In this document: positions 25,761 to 40,569 of the stretch, piece by piece
How positions within the stretch are numbered: the first letter of the stretch is position 1
Layout: every line of letters starts with the position of its first letter
NCBI GenBank assembly: GCA_964016885.1
Contig: OZ024754.1
Location: 26,226,001 to 26,290,000, forward strand
Reading direction: 5' to 3'
Source: Eledone cirrhosa
Lineage: Eukaryota
DNA: 64,000 bases
The notes under the pieces: generated by a model
Told to the model about the DNA's origin: nothing
Database searches by the model: none
The model's input: the letters and a program-made list of their open reading frames with translations, nothing else
Made by a program: the position numbers and the translations under genes

Positions 25761-26674
25761 TTAGCAGCAGTACCCAGCGTTGCCTGGGTAAGTAAAATAA
25801 TATCTGCTTTGATGAAAAGATGTTGATCTTAGCGACTTCTTCTCGATGACTCATCTATGGCCACACACAGGCCATGCGGGGGAGGGAGGTAATGACCTCT
25901 AACACCAACCCAAATTTCCTCACGCTACTTCATTGGAAACCGATGAATTCTCAAATACACAACTAAAAGCTCATCGTTTTGCTTTTGACCATCTATAAGA
26001 TGTGCAATGATAGGTTCTATCGTAGTATAAAAGTTGAACCAAATAAATTGATTTATGTGTGAGGTGAAGCCGAAGTTTCGAATTTGAACGAAATCGGTTG
26101 AAAAATGTGGGAACTTGAGCGAAAAGGTGGTATTTTCGAATATTTAAGCGGCTGCCACGCCGTTCCTGAACAAAAAAATCCAAAAAGCCACTTTAAGACG
26201 TGAAATAATCAGATCTAGCGTAGTGTAAAATTTGAACAAAGTCGGTTGATTAATGTGGGAGCTAGAGCCGAAAAAGTAGAAATTTGGTAAAAGTGGTATT
26301 TTTGAATATTTAAGCGGATGCCACGCCGTCCTTGAACAACAAATGCAAAATATAAAGCCATTACATGATGTGCAATGATAAATTCTATTTTGCTTTAAAA
26401 TTTGAACGAAATCGGTGGCAAAATGTGGGAGCTAGAGCCAAAAATCTTATTTTTCGATACCAAAAAAAAGGTGACCCCTATCGATTTATATCTGCAGAAT
26501 GACCCCGGAATAAAAAAGGGATACGCTGATATATAGAAAACACTCCCCGATGACTAATCTATGAGCCTGTAAAGTTTCATGAAAATCGGTCGTAAGATGT
26601 AGGTCCCTATAGGTAATACACAGACACACAGACACACAGACACACACACATACTTAATTTTACATATATACAGA
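25761..26674 (-). mobile_element. Non-autonomous Helitron
   Basis: On the minus strand: A|TC start with a (GTGTCT)n tract, hairpin TACCCAG-GCAACG-CTGGGTA, CTAA|T end. Internal subrepeats AAATTTGAAC..AATCGGT. Confidence 0.75.
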
Positions 26675-26769
26675 TGATAATTAGAAAACCTAATAACAAA
26701 GAGATTTCATCAACCTATCTTCTTTACAATTAGAGAGAAGTCGAAGAAATACAAATGTTGAAGTGAAAA

Positions 26770-26990
26770 AATATGATGATGATGACGATGGTGGTGGTGG
26801 TGGTGGCGGTGGTGGTAATGATGATGATGAGGATAATATGATGATGAGAATAATAATAAGAAGAAGGCAAAGAAGAAGAAGCAGAAGAAGAAGAAGGCAA
26901 AGAAGAAGAAGAAGAAGAAGAAGAAGAAGAAGAAGGCAAAGAAGAAGAAGAAGAAGAAGAAGAAGAAGAAGAAGGCAAAGAAGAAGGTAG
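26770..26990. repeat. Compound (GAT)/(GGT)/(AAG)n microsatellite
   Basis: Read directly from the sequence. Confidence 0.95.
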
Positions 26991-27334
26991 TAAAATGTCG
27001 AATATAATTTCAGATTTCCTTTATACAATTGTCTAAGATAGAATGTTAGTAATTTCCAATTCTGGTCATTTCCAACGGCCATTCAACGTTTGACAAGAAC
27101 TCTTATTAATTACCATCTTTTCATGTTTTCTTGGAACTATTTAAATTGTCCATTGCTTTTTGGGAAGAATTTTTTCTTTTTAATTTCTGCTTGTACAAGT
27201 CTTTTTCTTCTTTTTGATATGTTATGTTAAAGAAAATGTATATCATTAATATTTATGATGAGAAAGAGTAGGGGTTGTTGTGGGGGAGCAGAATAGTTAG
27301 AATTTCGAGCAAAATAGCTTGCAGTATTTAATTA

Positions 27335-27495
27335 TGGCTGAAGAAACCGAAGCGTTTGCCTTTCTACTTTCTGATGAAGGACAACAAACCGAAACGTTAG
27401 ACTTTCTACAGTCTGGGGAAGGATATTAACCGAAACGTTAAACTCTCTACTGTGTGAAGAAAAGAAACAAACCAAAGCGTCAGACTTTCTACGGC
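27335..27495 (+). ncRNA. Tandem array of about four degenerate minimal hammerheads
   Basis: 41-42-nt units CTGATGA-agg..cc-GAAACGTT-agactttctac. Core variants CTGAAGA, CTGATGA, CTGGGGA and GTGAAGA. Confidence 0.65.
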
Positions 27496-27937
27496 GCACA
27501 TTGTAGAGCTTGACTTGGGCTCTAAATACCCAGACATAAACTGAGTACTCTATCAAATTCCACACTATTTCTATGTTTTTATATTTGGTTTCGGTTTCTG
27601 CTGGGTTAAAACATTTTCTGTCAAATTTATGTTGATTATAAAACATTTCCTCCCCAGCAATGAAATGGTGTATTATCAAAAAAAAAAAAAAAAAAAAAAA
27701 ATTGGTTGTAAAAATCAACTCCAAATGTTAGAATAAGAATAATTTCGTGGTTACGTAGATCATTAAATATTTAATCCTTAAAACGACACTCATATGAAGC
27801 CATGTCAAAACTTGGCCAATATATTTTATGGCTAACCTCACTGGAAAATTTATTTCAGTGCAAAACTTAATGATTTTTATCTTAGCATCAATAAATGGAA
27901 TCAGTTTTTAAACTCTCTCTCTGTCTGTCTCTGTCTG

Positions 27938-28021
<84 letters not shown>

Positions 28022-28146
28022 TCTCTCTCTCTTGTTTTGAGATTGAAGTATGGAGGTGGAAATGGTGTTGGTGGTGTTGGTGGTGGTGTTGACCAATGGA
28101 TATTGTTGATACTAAGAAAAAAGTAAACATTTGCTTATGTTGTGCA

Positions 28147-28181
<35 letters not shown>

Positions 28182-28182
28182 C

Positions 28183-28218
<36 letters not shown>

Positions 28219-28221
28219 ACA

Positions 28222-31200
28222 ATTCCTTTGGTGAGGAGATCCGTCTGCTGCCAGCACCCTTCCAATGGAGGGTTGGGAATGCCGTGGCTGATGATGCGCA
28301 AACACGCTCTGAGGCTACGACATCTCCAGCTATTTCTCACCGACCAACCGGTGTGGGCCCCGTTTGTGAGACAAGACTTTCCGCAACTTGTCTCGCTGAC
28401 GGAGCTGCAGTCCTAGGTCAAGCGGAGACCGAAGCAAATGGGCGCCTGGCACATTGAATGCGTTCAGGCGCTCACAGTCCTCTGTCAAGCGGGCACAGCA
28501 ATCAGTGGGGATAATACGTTACAAGTGCGACGACGTGCTCGGAGAAACTCTGGGCGTCGAAGAAGACGAACTCACCAGTCTGTTCAATAGGACTTTTCGC
28601 CCGGGACCTATGGACAACTTCCAAAGGTCCCTGGCCTGGCAGTGGTACCGAGGAGCTCTACCAGTACGCGATAAGATCTACAGCAGGGATCCTTCAAAGA
28701 AGACGTGTCCAAGATGCGAGCGGGACATTGAAACCGTCCTGCACGCAATTGTACACTGTCCGGGCGTAAACGACATGTGGAACTACGCAGAACAACTGCT
28801 GTCGCGTGGGGGACAAATCCAGTTGACCGCCGAGTCCATAGTAAGGATCAAACCGCCATCTTCATTTAAAAACGAAAGAGAGGCGGTTTTCCAGAAATGG
28901 GCCGAGTGCAAACTATCCTTGAAAGGTCGAGCGGAGGTGGCGAACGCTTTCATAGCGTCCGTAACCTACTACCGCTTGACTGTCGTGCCTTGCCCAAGTA
29001 AAACGCTCACCAAAATGGAGCGCGCGCTCTTCCAATTCCTTTGGAAGAAGCGGGCTCCTTTGGTGAGAAGATCCATCTGCTGTCAACACGCTTCAAACGG
29101 AGGGCTGGAGATGCCGTGGCTGACGATGCGCAAACACGCACTCAGGCTGCGGCACCTCCACGTATTCCTCACCGAACAACCGGTGTGGGCCCCGTTCGTG
29201 AGGCGAGCCTTCATGCGACTCGTCTCGCTGACTGAGCTGCAGTCCTGGGTCAAGCAAAGACCGAGGAAAATGGGCGACTGGCACATTGAATGTGCTCAGG
29301 CGCTAACAGTGCTCTAGCAATCAGACCCGGCAGTCAGTGGAGACTCCACCTCGTCATTCTATAGAGGGTTAGTCCGCAGCAAGTGCGACGACACTCTCGG
29401 AGAAACTCTAGGCGTAGAGGACCTTCCGCCCGGCAGTGCTACCGAGGAGCTCTACCCGTTCGAGACAAGCTCTACATACACGGGCGCCCGGGCAGGGATC
29501 TCTCGACAAAGATCTGTCCGAGATGCGTGCGGGGCGAGGAAACCGTCGCGCACGCATTCATACACTGTCCGGGCGTTACCGACCTGTGGAGCTACGCAGA
29601 ACGACTACTGTCGCGGGTGGGACAAATCCGGTTGACCACCGAGTCAATTATAGCGATCAAACCGCCACCTTCCTTCAAAAACGAAGGTGAGGAGGTTTTC
29701 CTCTGTGTAATGGCCATGGTGAAAGAGGCTATATGGTGGACGAGACTGAAAAGGCTGAGGTCAGACACCTTTCTCTACGGCGAACAACTGGTTCGCTTCT
29801 TCAAATATCATTTTAGAAGAATAATCAGAGTGGAGAGAGAGGTGCTGCACCCCAGCAAATTTTGCGAATGTGGCAAGGATGGCCCGAGTGGTTGGGCCTT
29901 CTCTTTATATAAACCTGTAGGTCGAAGAAGAAGAGGAAGAGAGGAGAGGAGTGCTCGCTCTTCGTGCTCCTGGAGATGAGGGTTGTACATTTTTTTCGGG
30001 GTGTTGCAACTCATTTGTAACACCTCCCCCCTATTGGGGATTTGGTTTGTTTTATTCATTATTTTTGTTATACATTTTTACACGCCTTGTTTGTAAACTC
30101 CCCAATTGTATTTGTCCCCATCTTTAGGTGCCCTTGTGGCAAATAAAGAAACATATCTATCTATCTATCTATCGACCCTGCAAAAAAGATCTGTCCGAGG
30201 TGCGTGCGTAACGAAGAAACCGTCGCTCACGCATTCATACACTGCCCGGGCGTCACTGACCTGTGGGGCTATGTAGAACGACTATTGTCGCGGGTGGGAC
30301 CAATCCGGTTGACCACCGAGTCCATTGTCATGATAAAACCGCCACCCTCCTTCAAAAGCGAAGGAGAGGCGGTTTTCCTTTTTGTGATAGCTATAGCGAA
30401 AGAGGTTGTATGGTGGACAAGGTTGAAAGGACTGAGGTCAGACACCTTTCTCTCCGGCCAACAACTGATTCTTTTTTTCAAATACCACTTTGGAAGAAGA
30501 ATCAGAATGTGCTGTACCCCAGCAAGTTTTATGAAAGGTGGGTGAAAGTGGCGAGAATGACCCGAGTGAATGGGCCTTCTCTCTATATCAGCCTGTAGGT
30601 TGAGGAAAAGGAGGAGGAGAGGAAAGGAGTACAAACTCTTTGTACTCCTGGAGATGAGGGTTGCACATTTTTTCGGGGGTATGTGTTACCCATATGAACT
30701 GTCTCCTCCTATTGAGGAAAATCGACTAATTTTTTAAATTGCATTTGTGATAACATTTTACACGTTTTATTGTATGTAAACTTCCCCCTTTGTATTTGTC
30801 CCCTTCTTTTGTGCCCCTGTGGCTAATAAAGAAACATATCTATCTATCTATCTATCTATCTATACAAAACCTTTTTTTTCAAATACCACTTTGGAAGAAG
30901 AATCAGGATGGAGAGAGAGGTGCTGTACCCCAGCAAGTTTTATGAAAGGTGGGTGAAAGTGGCGAGAATGGCCCGAGTGAATGGGCCTTCTCTCTATATC
31001 AGCCTGTAGGTTGAGGAAAAGGAGGAGGAGAGGAAAGGAGTACAAGCTCTTCGTACTCCTGGAGATGAGGGTTGCACATTTTTTTCGGGGGTCTGTGTTA
31101 CCCATATAAACTGTCTCCCTCTATTGGGGAAAATCGACTAACTTTTAAATTCCATCTGTGATAACATTTTACACGTTTTTATTGTATGTAAACTTCCCCC

Positions 31201-31255
31201 TTTGTATTTGTCCCCTTCTTTTGTGCCCCTGTGGCTAATAAAGAAATATATCTAT
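28222..31255 (+). mobile_element. Tandem cluster of four 5'-truncated Tx1 copies
   Basis: Copies at about 28222-28890, 28891-30152, 30173-30836 and 30872-31250. The last three end AATAAAGAAA(C/T)ATATCTAT; the cluster is preceded and partly separated by (ATCT)n. Confidence 0.88.
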
Positions 31256-31509
31256 ACAAAACCTCTTTTTCTTACCCTTTCTCCATGTCCGTCACATATG
31301 TACAGGCAGAATAATCATAATGATTATTACTGTTATTTCTGGGAGTTTTACACAGACCGACATATCATATTAACAACACCAGTAATTTTTCTTGATCTTC
31401 TCTGGCTGTTTTAGCCCAAGGCCAACCTCTGTGGTGTTTTTATTTCAGATTTACCGAACTTTACTGACTTGAAGTTGAATTCGCAGAATTCAGCCTCTTT
31501 CTTTCTCTT

Positions 31510-31564
<55 letters not shown>

Positions 31565-32094
31565 CTGTATGTGTGTGTGGGTGTGTATGTATGTATGTGT
31601 GTGTGTGTGTATGTGTATATATCTATATATGTATGTTTGTCTATATATATATATGTATATTATATAACATTGTTTGACATTTTGGTGCGGCTTCTGGTTC
31701 CATGTGTGACATGTTCCACAGGAATTTGATATAATCAGCATCTTCGTTTATATGTTGCCGCCTTAGGTGCTTCGTCGTCTCTTTTGTTCATTAGGTATTT
31801 CGTAGTCATTCACTCTTCTTGGATTGCTAAAGTATACTTTCTATGTGTGATATAACCATCACGTGTGAAAGAGAGACTATACTTCATATTAATATTGACA
31901 GAGTCGTTAGAGCCATCGAAGAACATGTTTAGCTGTATGTTCCTTTCCGTTCTGAGTTCAAATCCCGTTGAGGTTAGCTTTGTTTTCATCCTTACGGGAG
32001 GGTGGTAAATAAAATAAAGTACCAGTAACACATGTAATTGACTTTCCCCTCCCCTTCAAACTGCTGTCCTTGTGCCTAAATCAGAAACCATGAT

Positions 32095-33150
32095 AATTCT
32101 TTTCCAGAAACGCCTAATTTTAATGGGTATTCTATAATCAACAGTATTCTATGGGTATTCTATGATCAATAGTAGTGAAAGCGTTACTGAGGTGTAACGT
32201 AACATGTTTATCTGACATAGCTGTCGTGATGTCATTAATGAGTTCTATCAGTCCATAGTCAACACCGGAATTCTTTCGAAAACCAAATTGTTTAGAATAC
32301 AAAGGAGTATTATTCTTAAAGAAATCGTAAAGACGAAACGGCACGAATTTCTCCAGCAACTTGGAAAAAACTGGTAAAAGTGATATTCGTCGGTAATTAC
32401 CAGCTTCTGTTTTTGCTCCCGATTAAAAAATTGGCATGGCTTTTGCAATTTTCATTTTATCCGGAAATACTCCAAATGCAAATAAATTATCAAAGATATG
32501 TAGTAATGGGACTTTATTGATTCATATACTATTTTAATGTTTGTGCTCAAGGAGTCATATTTTGGAACTTTGTTCGTCTTCAGACGAGTTAATGCGTTCT
32601 TAAATCCCTCATCCGTAACTGGATTCATTTTGAATAAATGGTTGGTCTTTTTTAAAAACTCAAGTAAGTTTTTATTGGCGCTTGGTATTTTTGACGGGAG
32701 ATTTGGACCAACTTTGATAAAGAAATTTGTTGAATTCCTCAGCAATCAACTTCTTGTACAGATTTTCGTCATTTATTGATACGCAATTTGGATAATTATT
32801 AACTGGCTGGATTTTAGAAATTATTGTTTTTATAATTGACCACATGTTTTAAACATTTAATTTGTGTTTTTCAATTTAGTTCGAGGAATAATAGATTTTA
32901 GCTGTCTCTTTTAACGCGTTAAAAATTTCAGCATATTTTTGTACCTTTCCTTATTCTCGGGAGTTTTATTTTTTATGTATTTCAAATACAAGCTTTGTTT
33001 TCGTTTAAGAACAACGCAACATTTCTGCAGTCATCCATTTATTTAAAATAGACTTTTCTTTCATCAATTTTTCTTTTATAAGAAACTATTCATTATAAAG
33101 ACGTTCGAAATTAGCTAAAGATTTTCATAACAACTAACTGAGTCATGTGT
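32095..33150 (-). mobile_element. Old L2/CR1-group LINE fragment
   Basis: FFIKVGPNL, LYSKQFGFRKN and LSNAFTTIDH remnants with many frameshifts. Confidence 0.75.
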
Positions 33151-34029
33151 GTAAATAACAGACGTCATATTACATGTTGAAAAGATTTAGATTTTCTCGT
33201 GTGATTTTCTCCTCTTTTTAACCATGTGAGAAAAATATTTACTGCTTGAGAAGTTCTCTAATAACCTCTAATATGTTGTTCTCTTCAATCTTGTGCGCTT
33301 GCTTGATGTATTTACTTTGGCTGCTGTTGTTTACGCGAGGCTCATGTGATATCTGACAGTTCAACCAGTTATATTGTAGTATTGTATTATTAGCGTACCA
33401 ATGTTACCAGGCGGTCAAACCAGTTATAATGCAGTATTGTCTTTTAGCGTACCGACGTTATTGGATAGTTAAACCAGTCTTCTTCTTCTTTTCGTATCTT
33501 CGAAGCATGTGGTTATATGACAGTTTCCCATTTCTTTACACAGTCCTTTGCATTATTATTAAAGGGCGGTGGATTGGCAGTATCGGTAGAGGGTCGGACG
33601 CCATGCTTTGCAGCACAGTTACGTCCCTTTACGGATTGCGTTCAAATCCCGCCGAGGTTAACTTTGCCTTTCATCCTTACGGAGTCGAAAAAATAAAGTA
33701 CCAGTAATACACTGGGATAATTGCTGGCCTTGTGCCAAAAGTAAAAACAATTATTATTAAATTCTGCGAGATCTTTTAAGCTGCACTGGTTGGGTAGTTA
33801 TATTGTAGTATTGTCTTTTAGCGTATCAATTTCCACCAGCTTAATCTGTATCAGGTGACAAAGTATTTTTGTTTCCAGTGTGTGCAATTAATGTAAAAAG
33901 TACTTTTGTTTTTGTTTTATGGGATTGTTTTAGTGCAATTAAGAATTATTGTTCCTGTTGATTCTATAATTGATTTTAAACACACATTTTTTTAAAATTG
34001 CTAACAAAAATTGTCCTCTAAGACACCAT

Positions 34030-34250
34030 CGCCACCGCCGCCACAACAACAGCAACAACAACAACAACATCAGCAGCAACAACAACAACAGCAACAACAG
34101 TAACAACAACAACAGCAACAACAACATCAGCAACAGTAACAACAACAGAAACAACAGTAACAACAACAGCAACAGCAACAACAACAACAACAGCAACAAC
34201 AACAGCAACAGCAACAACAGCAACAACAACAACAACAAGAACAACAGCAA

Positions 34251-34286
<36 letters not shown>

Positions 34287-34460
34287 AACAACCTCAGCAG
34301 CAATAACAACAACAACAACAGCAACAACAACATCAGCAGCAGCAGCAACATCAATAACAACAACAGCAACAAAAACAACAACAGCAACAACAGCAGCAGT
34401 AACAAAAACAACAAGAACAACAACAACCACAACAACAACAACAGCAGCAACAACAATTCT
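34030..34460. repeat. (AAC)n-rich microsatellite
   Basis: Read directly from the sequence. Confidence 0.95.
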
Positions 34461-35899
34461 TACTACTAAATAATTGACAAACAATATGGCCGTACCTTAA
34501 CACTATAAAAGGGACAACGATACTTTAGTGGCTTGTTTATAGCGATCTGACGAATTAGACCAGACACATATACACACACACACACACAAACACACACACC
34601 CACACATACATACATACACACATAGACACATACACACACCCACGCGCACACACATGCATACACACACATGCGCACACACATACACATACACACGCGCACA
34701 CACATACATACGCGCGCACACACACACACACACGTACGCACACACACACACACGCACACACACACACACATAAAAGAAAAAAAAAAACCGGTCATGATTT
34801 ATTTAAATAGTTCAGTTTATTGGACCTTTCGAAATAAAGTAAAAATAAATAAAAATATAAAAAAAAAAGAATGAAAAAAGACAAAACATGGCCAAATCAA
34901 AAAGAAAACTATCCCCAACGGCGCAGGCATGGCTGTGGTGTTTGGGGGGAATTGGTAAGGAATTCACTTCGTAACATCGTGATTTCGAGTTCAGTCCCAT
35001 TGCGTGGAAGCATATTGGACTGTAAGTATCTCCTGTATTATTACGGTGGATTGGCAGTATCGGTAGAGGGTCGGACGCCGTGCTTTGCCACATAGAGTTA
35101 CGGCCCTTGCCATTCTGAGTTCAAATCCCGTCGAGGTTAACTTTGCCTTTCATCCTTACGGGGTCGATAAAATAAAGTACCAGTAATGTACTGAGATAAT
35201 TGCTGGCTTTGTGTCAAAAGTAGAAACAATTATTACAGTTCCCTACCAGACAACCACGTAAAGGTGTATGATATCCAGTTGAACAGCAAAATGTGTCGTT
35301 TTACGTTATGAATAAACTGGGGGGGGGGGGGGGGGGTATTCGTGAGAATAAGTTATTACAGGATTCTAACAATGAAGAAATAGTAGTATTGAAGATGTAC
35401 TTAATGTTTCTTGTATATGTAAGGTCCCGTAACTCCTAATAGAGTCGTAAGGGCGCCGTATGAATATAGAGCGTTTCTTGGGTATTTTTAAGCCTGGCGG
35501 AACCCATCCCTCTCTCGGTCTGAGTAAAGCAAATTTCTTCCAGAGAAATTAGAAAGTGAGAGAGGAAATTAGAAAGAGATATAGAGGAAGAATCGACCCC
35601 AGTACTAGACTGGTACTTTTTTTATCGACCTCGAAAGGATGAAAGGCAAAGTTGACATCGGCGGGATTTGAATTCTGAGAGCAGAGATCGGAACGAATAC
35701 CATAAAAAAAAGCATTCTATCCGACCTTCTAACGACCAATTCGCCGCCCATTTTGTTTTTGTATATACATACACATTTACACCTAGTGTCAAATAAACAC
35801 ACATATATATATATATTAGGTCTAAACACAATGGAATCAAATTCCCATTGTCACTGCCTCCGTTCTCTCTCGTTCTCCCCATCTCTCACTATTATAAGC

Positions 35900-35990
35900 A
35901 AATGGGGAGCCAACGCGTTGGCCGCCCCGGAGGACAGAATAGAGAAAGCGTTTCCCTGGAGGATGGTGAGGGAGACGCGTTGGAAGACAA
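35900..35990 (-). mobile_element. CRE-like RLE retroelement 3' end
   Basis: QRVSLTILQGNAFSIL; homologous to 60885-60975. Confidence 0.6.
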
Positions 35991-37622
35991 TATCTCGGAC
36001 AAGTTTATTAAAACAGAAATGTGATGACAATTATATAATGGTCACTCGGTAGTACATATTCCAGCCTCCCTCTAAAATTATTAAAGACGTTTAAATGATG
36101 CTTCAGATAAAATATAAAATAGAAAGACTGAAGGAAATGTCCGATCATTATAAAGAATGTTCTTAGTCAACATTTTGAAGAAGATCTGATTGGTAATATT
36201 GGAAACGGCAGATCCATCTTGTTACTATTATCACCCGACGGAATCAATGACATTTCTGCTCAATAAGTACTTTTAGAAATTGCTGTTATTTACTACAGAA
36301 AGAAATAGAAGAAAGTTATTCATATGTTTCCTAACTTAGATATTTTAGAAACGTATGATGCTAATGGCGTTGTAAATGATTTGAAGAAAAGAACTTGTGA
36401 ACTTTAAACTAAACATAGAAAGTTTGATAGTCATTGGTACACAATACATAGACAGTGTCTGTGTTATGGCTAGAGAGTTAAGAATAATTTACAATTTAAG
36501 CAAAAGACCAACAATTCGGCAGAAGGGAAAGTAGATTATATTGACCCCAGTACTGGACTGGTACTTTATTTTATTGATTCCGGAAGGATGAAAGGCAAAG
36601 TTGACCTCGGAGGCATTTCAGCTCAAAACTAAATTCGAGAAAGTATTTTGTCAGACGCTCTACTGATTCTGTCAATAAATAAACACATTTTCGAAGAAGG
36701 CCAGCAATTTTGGTGGAAGGGAAAGTCGATCATATCGACTCAAGTACTGGTAGTTTATTTATCGACACAGGAAGGACGAAAGGCAAAGATTTGAACTTAA
36801 ACACAAAGAGCCGGAACAAATACGGCTAAGCATTTGTCCGACGCTTTAATGACTCTGTCCGCCTTTAACTTTTGATGAAATCATAGGGACGCCATCATGA
36901 CATGGCGTATCTTCTATATTTAGAATCCGTAAGAGCCCTTCCTTCTCCACGTCTGAACCCAAGTGATTTTGTTTTTTAGAGAGGGAAGTCAACCGTAATA
37001 TTAAACAGGTATTTTAGCAACTCAAAATAATGAAGACGAAAAGCTGTCTTAAGCAGAGATTGAACAAAAATGGCAGCGAGCTGGAATAAATCCCGTAAAA
37101 CCATTTTCTTCAACGTTGTCACGTTGTAAGAGGTAATTTGCTTCATATGAAATCTGTTTTACATTTTCCTGTGTCATTAACATTTCTCATTCAGTTATAC
37201 ATCAGAGGCAAACGATAAGGACAAGATTATTCACTCAAAGGTTTCAGCGTGACCTCCCCCTTTCAATGGAATTAATTCTAAAAACGGAAGAGTTATTTTA
37301 CTCTAATTACCATTAACATGCATGAATCAAAGGAGATTCACATTGACATTATAACAAGACAGTTTAATAGTCATAGAGGAATACGTTTCAAGAAATATTT
37401 CACAGATATTAAACTACAGTCGCCACTCATAATCGAATACGACTTGGTACTATGTAATGTGTTTTTGCTAAGGATAATTAGGTGCCCGTGCAGTCGCGAG
37501 CAGACAGAGACATGTGAAAAAAATATTAATACATACATCTTTATCTATTCAATATATATTTATTCGTTTATTGGGCCGTGAATTGGTAGACTTGTTAGGG
37601 CATTGGGTTGAATGCTTCAGTA

Positions 37623-38662
<1,040 letters not shown>

Positions 38663-39610
38663 CTGCCAGTTTTAAATTAAACTAGACATAAAAACAAAAA
38701 TGGAAGTGAAGCACTTTCGTTTCGTTTCCGTTCCCTTTTCTCCATTTTAATCATTTTACTTTCTGTATAACTAGAATCAAGGAAATATTATTTATCATGT
38801 ATCTTTTCTAGGGCGAAGGGTTGGCTGTATCGGCAGAGCATCGGACAATATGCTTAGCATCATTTATGTTCGGAGTTCAGATCCCGCCGAGGTTAGCTTT
38901 GCCTTTCATCCTTACGAGCTTGATAAAATATAGTACCAGTAATGTACTGGGGTTAATTTAATCGACTTTCCCTCTCCCCTCAAATTGTTGGCCTTGTGCC
39001 TAAATCTGAAACCATTATAGAGCGGTAGATTGGCAATGTCGGTAGAGCGTCGGACACTTTGCTTCGTGGCATAGAGTTACGTCCTTTTGCGCTCTGAGTT
39101 CAAATTCTGCCCGTGTTACGAGGTCGATAAAATAAAGTACCAGTAATGCACTGGGGTCGATTTAATCGACTTTTCCCCCTCCCCCAAATATTTATCTTTT
39201 ATCTTTATGTATGTTTGAATGGAATGAAGGAATATGTATGTAGCCTCTTACTCCTAATTTTGATTTTATTTTTGACCGGCAACCTTCTCGGCGGTAATGT
39301 TGTAAAGAAAAGACACAACATAGACACAAGACTCTCTCATTGGAATTTATACATCAACTAGGTAGATTATGTATACATGCCTGCATGCATGCATGTGTAA
39401 ATATGGATGTTATTGTATGTGTGGATGTGTATGTTTTGAGTTGTATGTATGCATGTGTATATGCTTTGTATCTGTACATGTGTATATGCAGTTATTAGAT
39501 GCAACATTTTTTGGAATGTGTTACATATTTTTACTGTTCCATTAATGGATTGTATGTATGTATGTATGTATGTATGTATGTATGTATGTATGTATGTATG
39601 TATGTGTGTG

Positions 39611-39644
<34 letters not shown>

Positions 39645-39653
<9 letters not shown>

Positions 39654-39940
39654 ATACTTTGGGAGGGTCATATTGCCAATAAGAAACACACGCACCAGTT
39701 GCTTTCACTTCAATTTATTGGTTGGTTAGTTGGTTCCACAACCAGATGGTTGTGGAACCAACCAACCGGAAATTTATAAATTTTTAAATTTATAATTTAA
39801 TTTATAATAAATTGAAGTGAAAGCAACTGGTGCGTGTGTTTCTCATTGGCAACATGACCCTCCCAAAGTATAACAATATCGGTTTCAACACACGTTTTCA
39901 GATAAAGAATCTTGCTAAACAAATTCAGAAACGAAATATA
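39645..39940. mobile_element. Fold-back pair of pLTR fragments (same family as 38260-38562)
   Basis: Palindrome centred near 39745, flanked by (TA)n. Confidence 0.75.
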
Positions 39941-40569
39941 TATATTTTGTTTAGAAAATGAATAGAAACACAAACATAAGGACAATTCTCGCTCTTTGGC
40001 TGACTGCTGTGGGTCGCTGGGTTTCGATGCATTAAAGACAGTACATCTCACCATAGTGTGTTAATAACTACGAGGTAATGGAACAGAGAGAGGGGGGAGA
40101 AAAGGGATAGATGCTGGGAGAGAAAGAGGATAGGTGAGTGGGAGAGAGAGGGGAGAGAGAGAGAGGGGGAGAGTACGTGAGTGGAAGAGAAAGAAAGAGG
40201 GAGAAAGGAGAAAGGAAAAAAGTTAATCCAAAATGGTAGGACGTAAGTCCAAGACCGGAATAACTACAACAACCGAGATAGAGAGGATAGAAGGAAGGTC
40301 ACAGCAGTAAATTAATATGATTTAAAAGTGATAAAGGCACTGTGTGGTTACTAATAAATATTGTTCAGAAAATGAAAAGAAACACAAACATAAGGACAAA
40401 TCACGCTCTTCGGCTGACTGCTGTGGGTCGCTGATGTTTCGACGCATTAAAGACAGTACATCTCACCATAGTGTGTTAATAACTACGAGGTAGTTATTAG
40501 GAAGATGAGATACAACCTCGTAGGCGGCCAACTGAACCTATATAGGGGTGAGCTGTACTATACACCATG

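Noticed and set aside
33939-34484. Poly-N/T/L and similar long ORFs (also 26690-27082, 40497-41114, 41118-41762, 54860-55599)
   Set aside because: Translations of microsatellites, with no splice or domain support.
35900-35990. Duplicated host exon shared with 60898-60975
   Set aside because: The minus strand reads QRVSL...GNAFSIL, the typical CRE-like element C-terminus.
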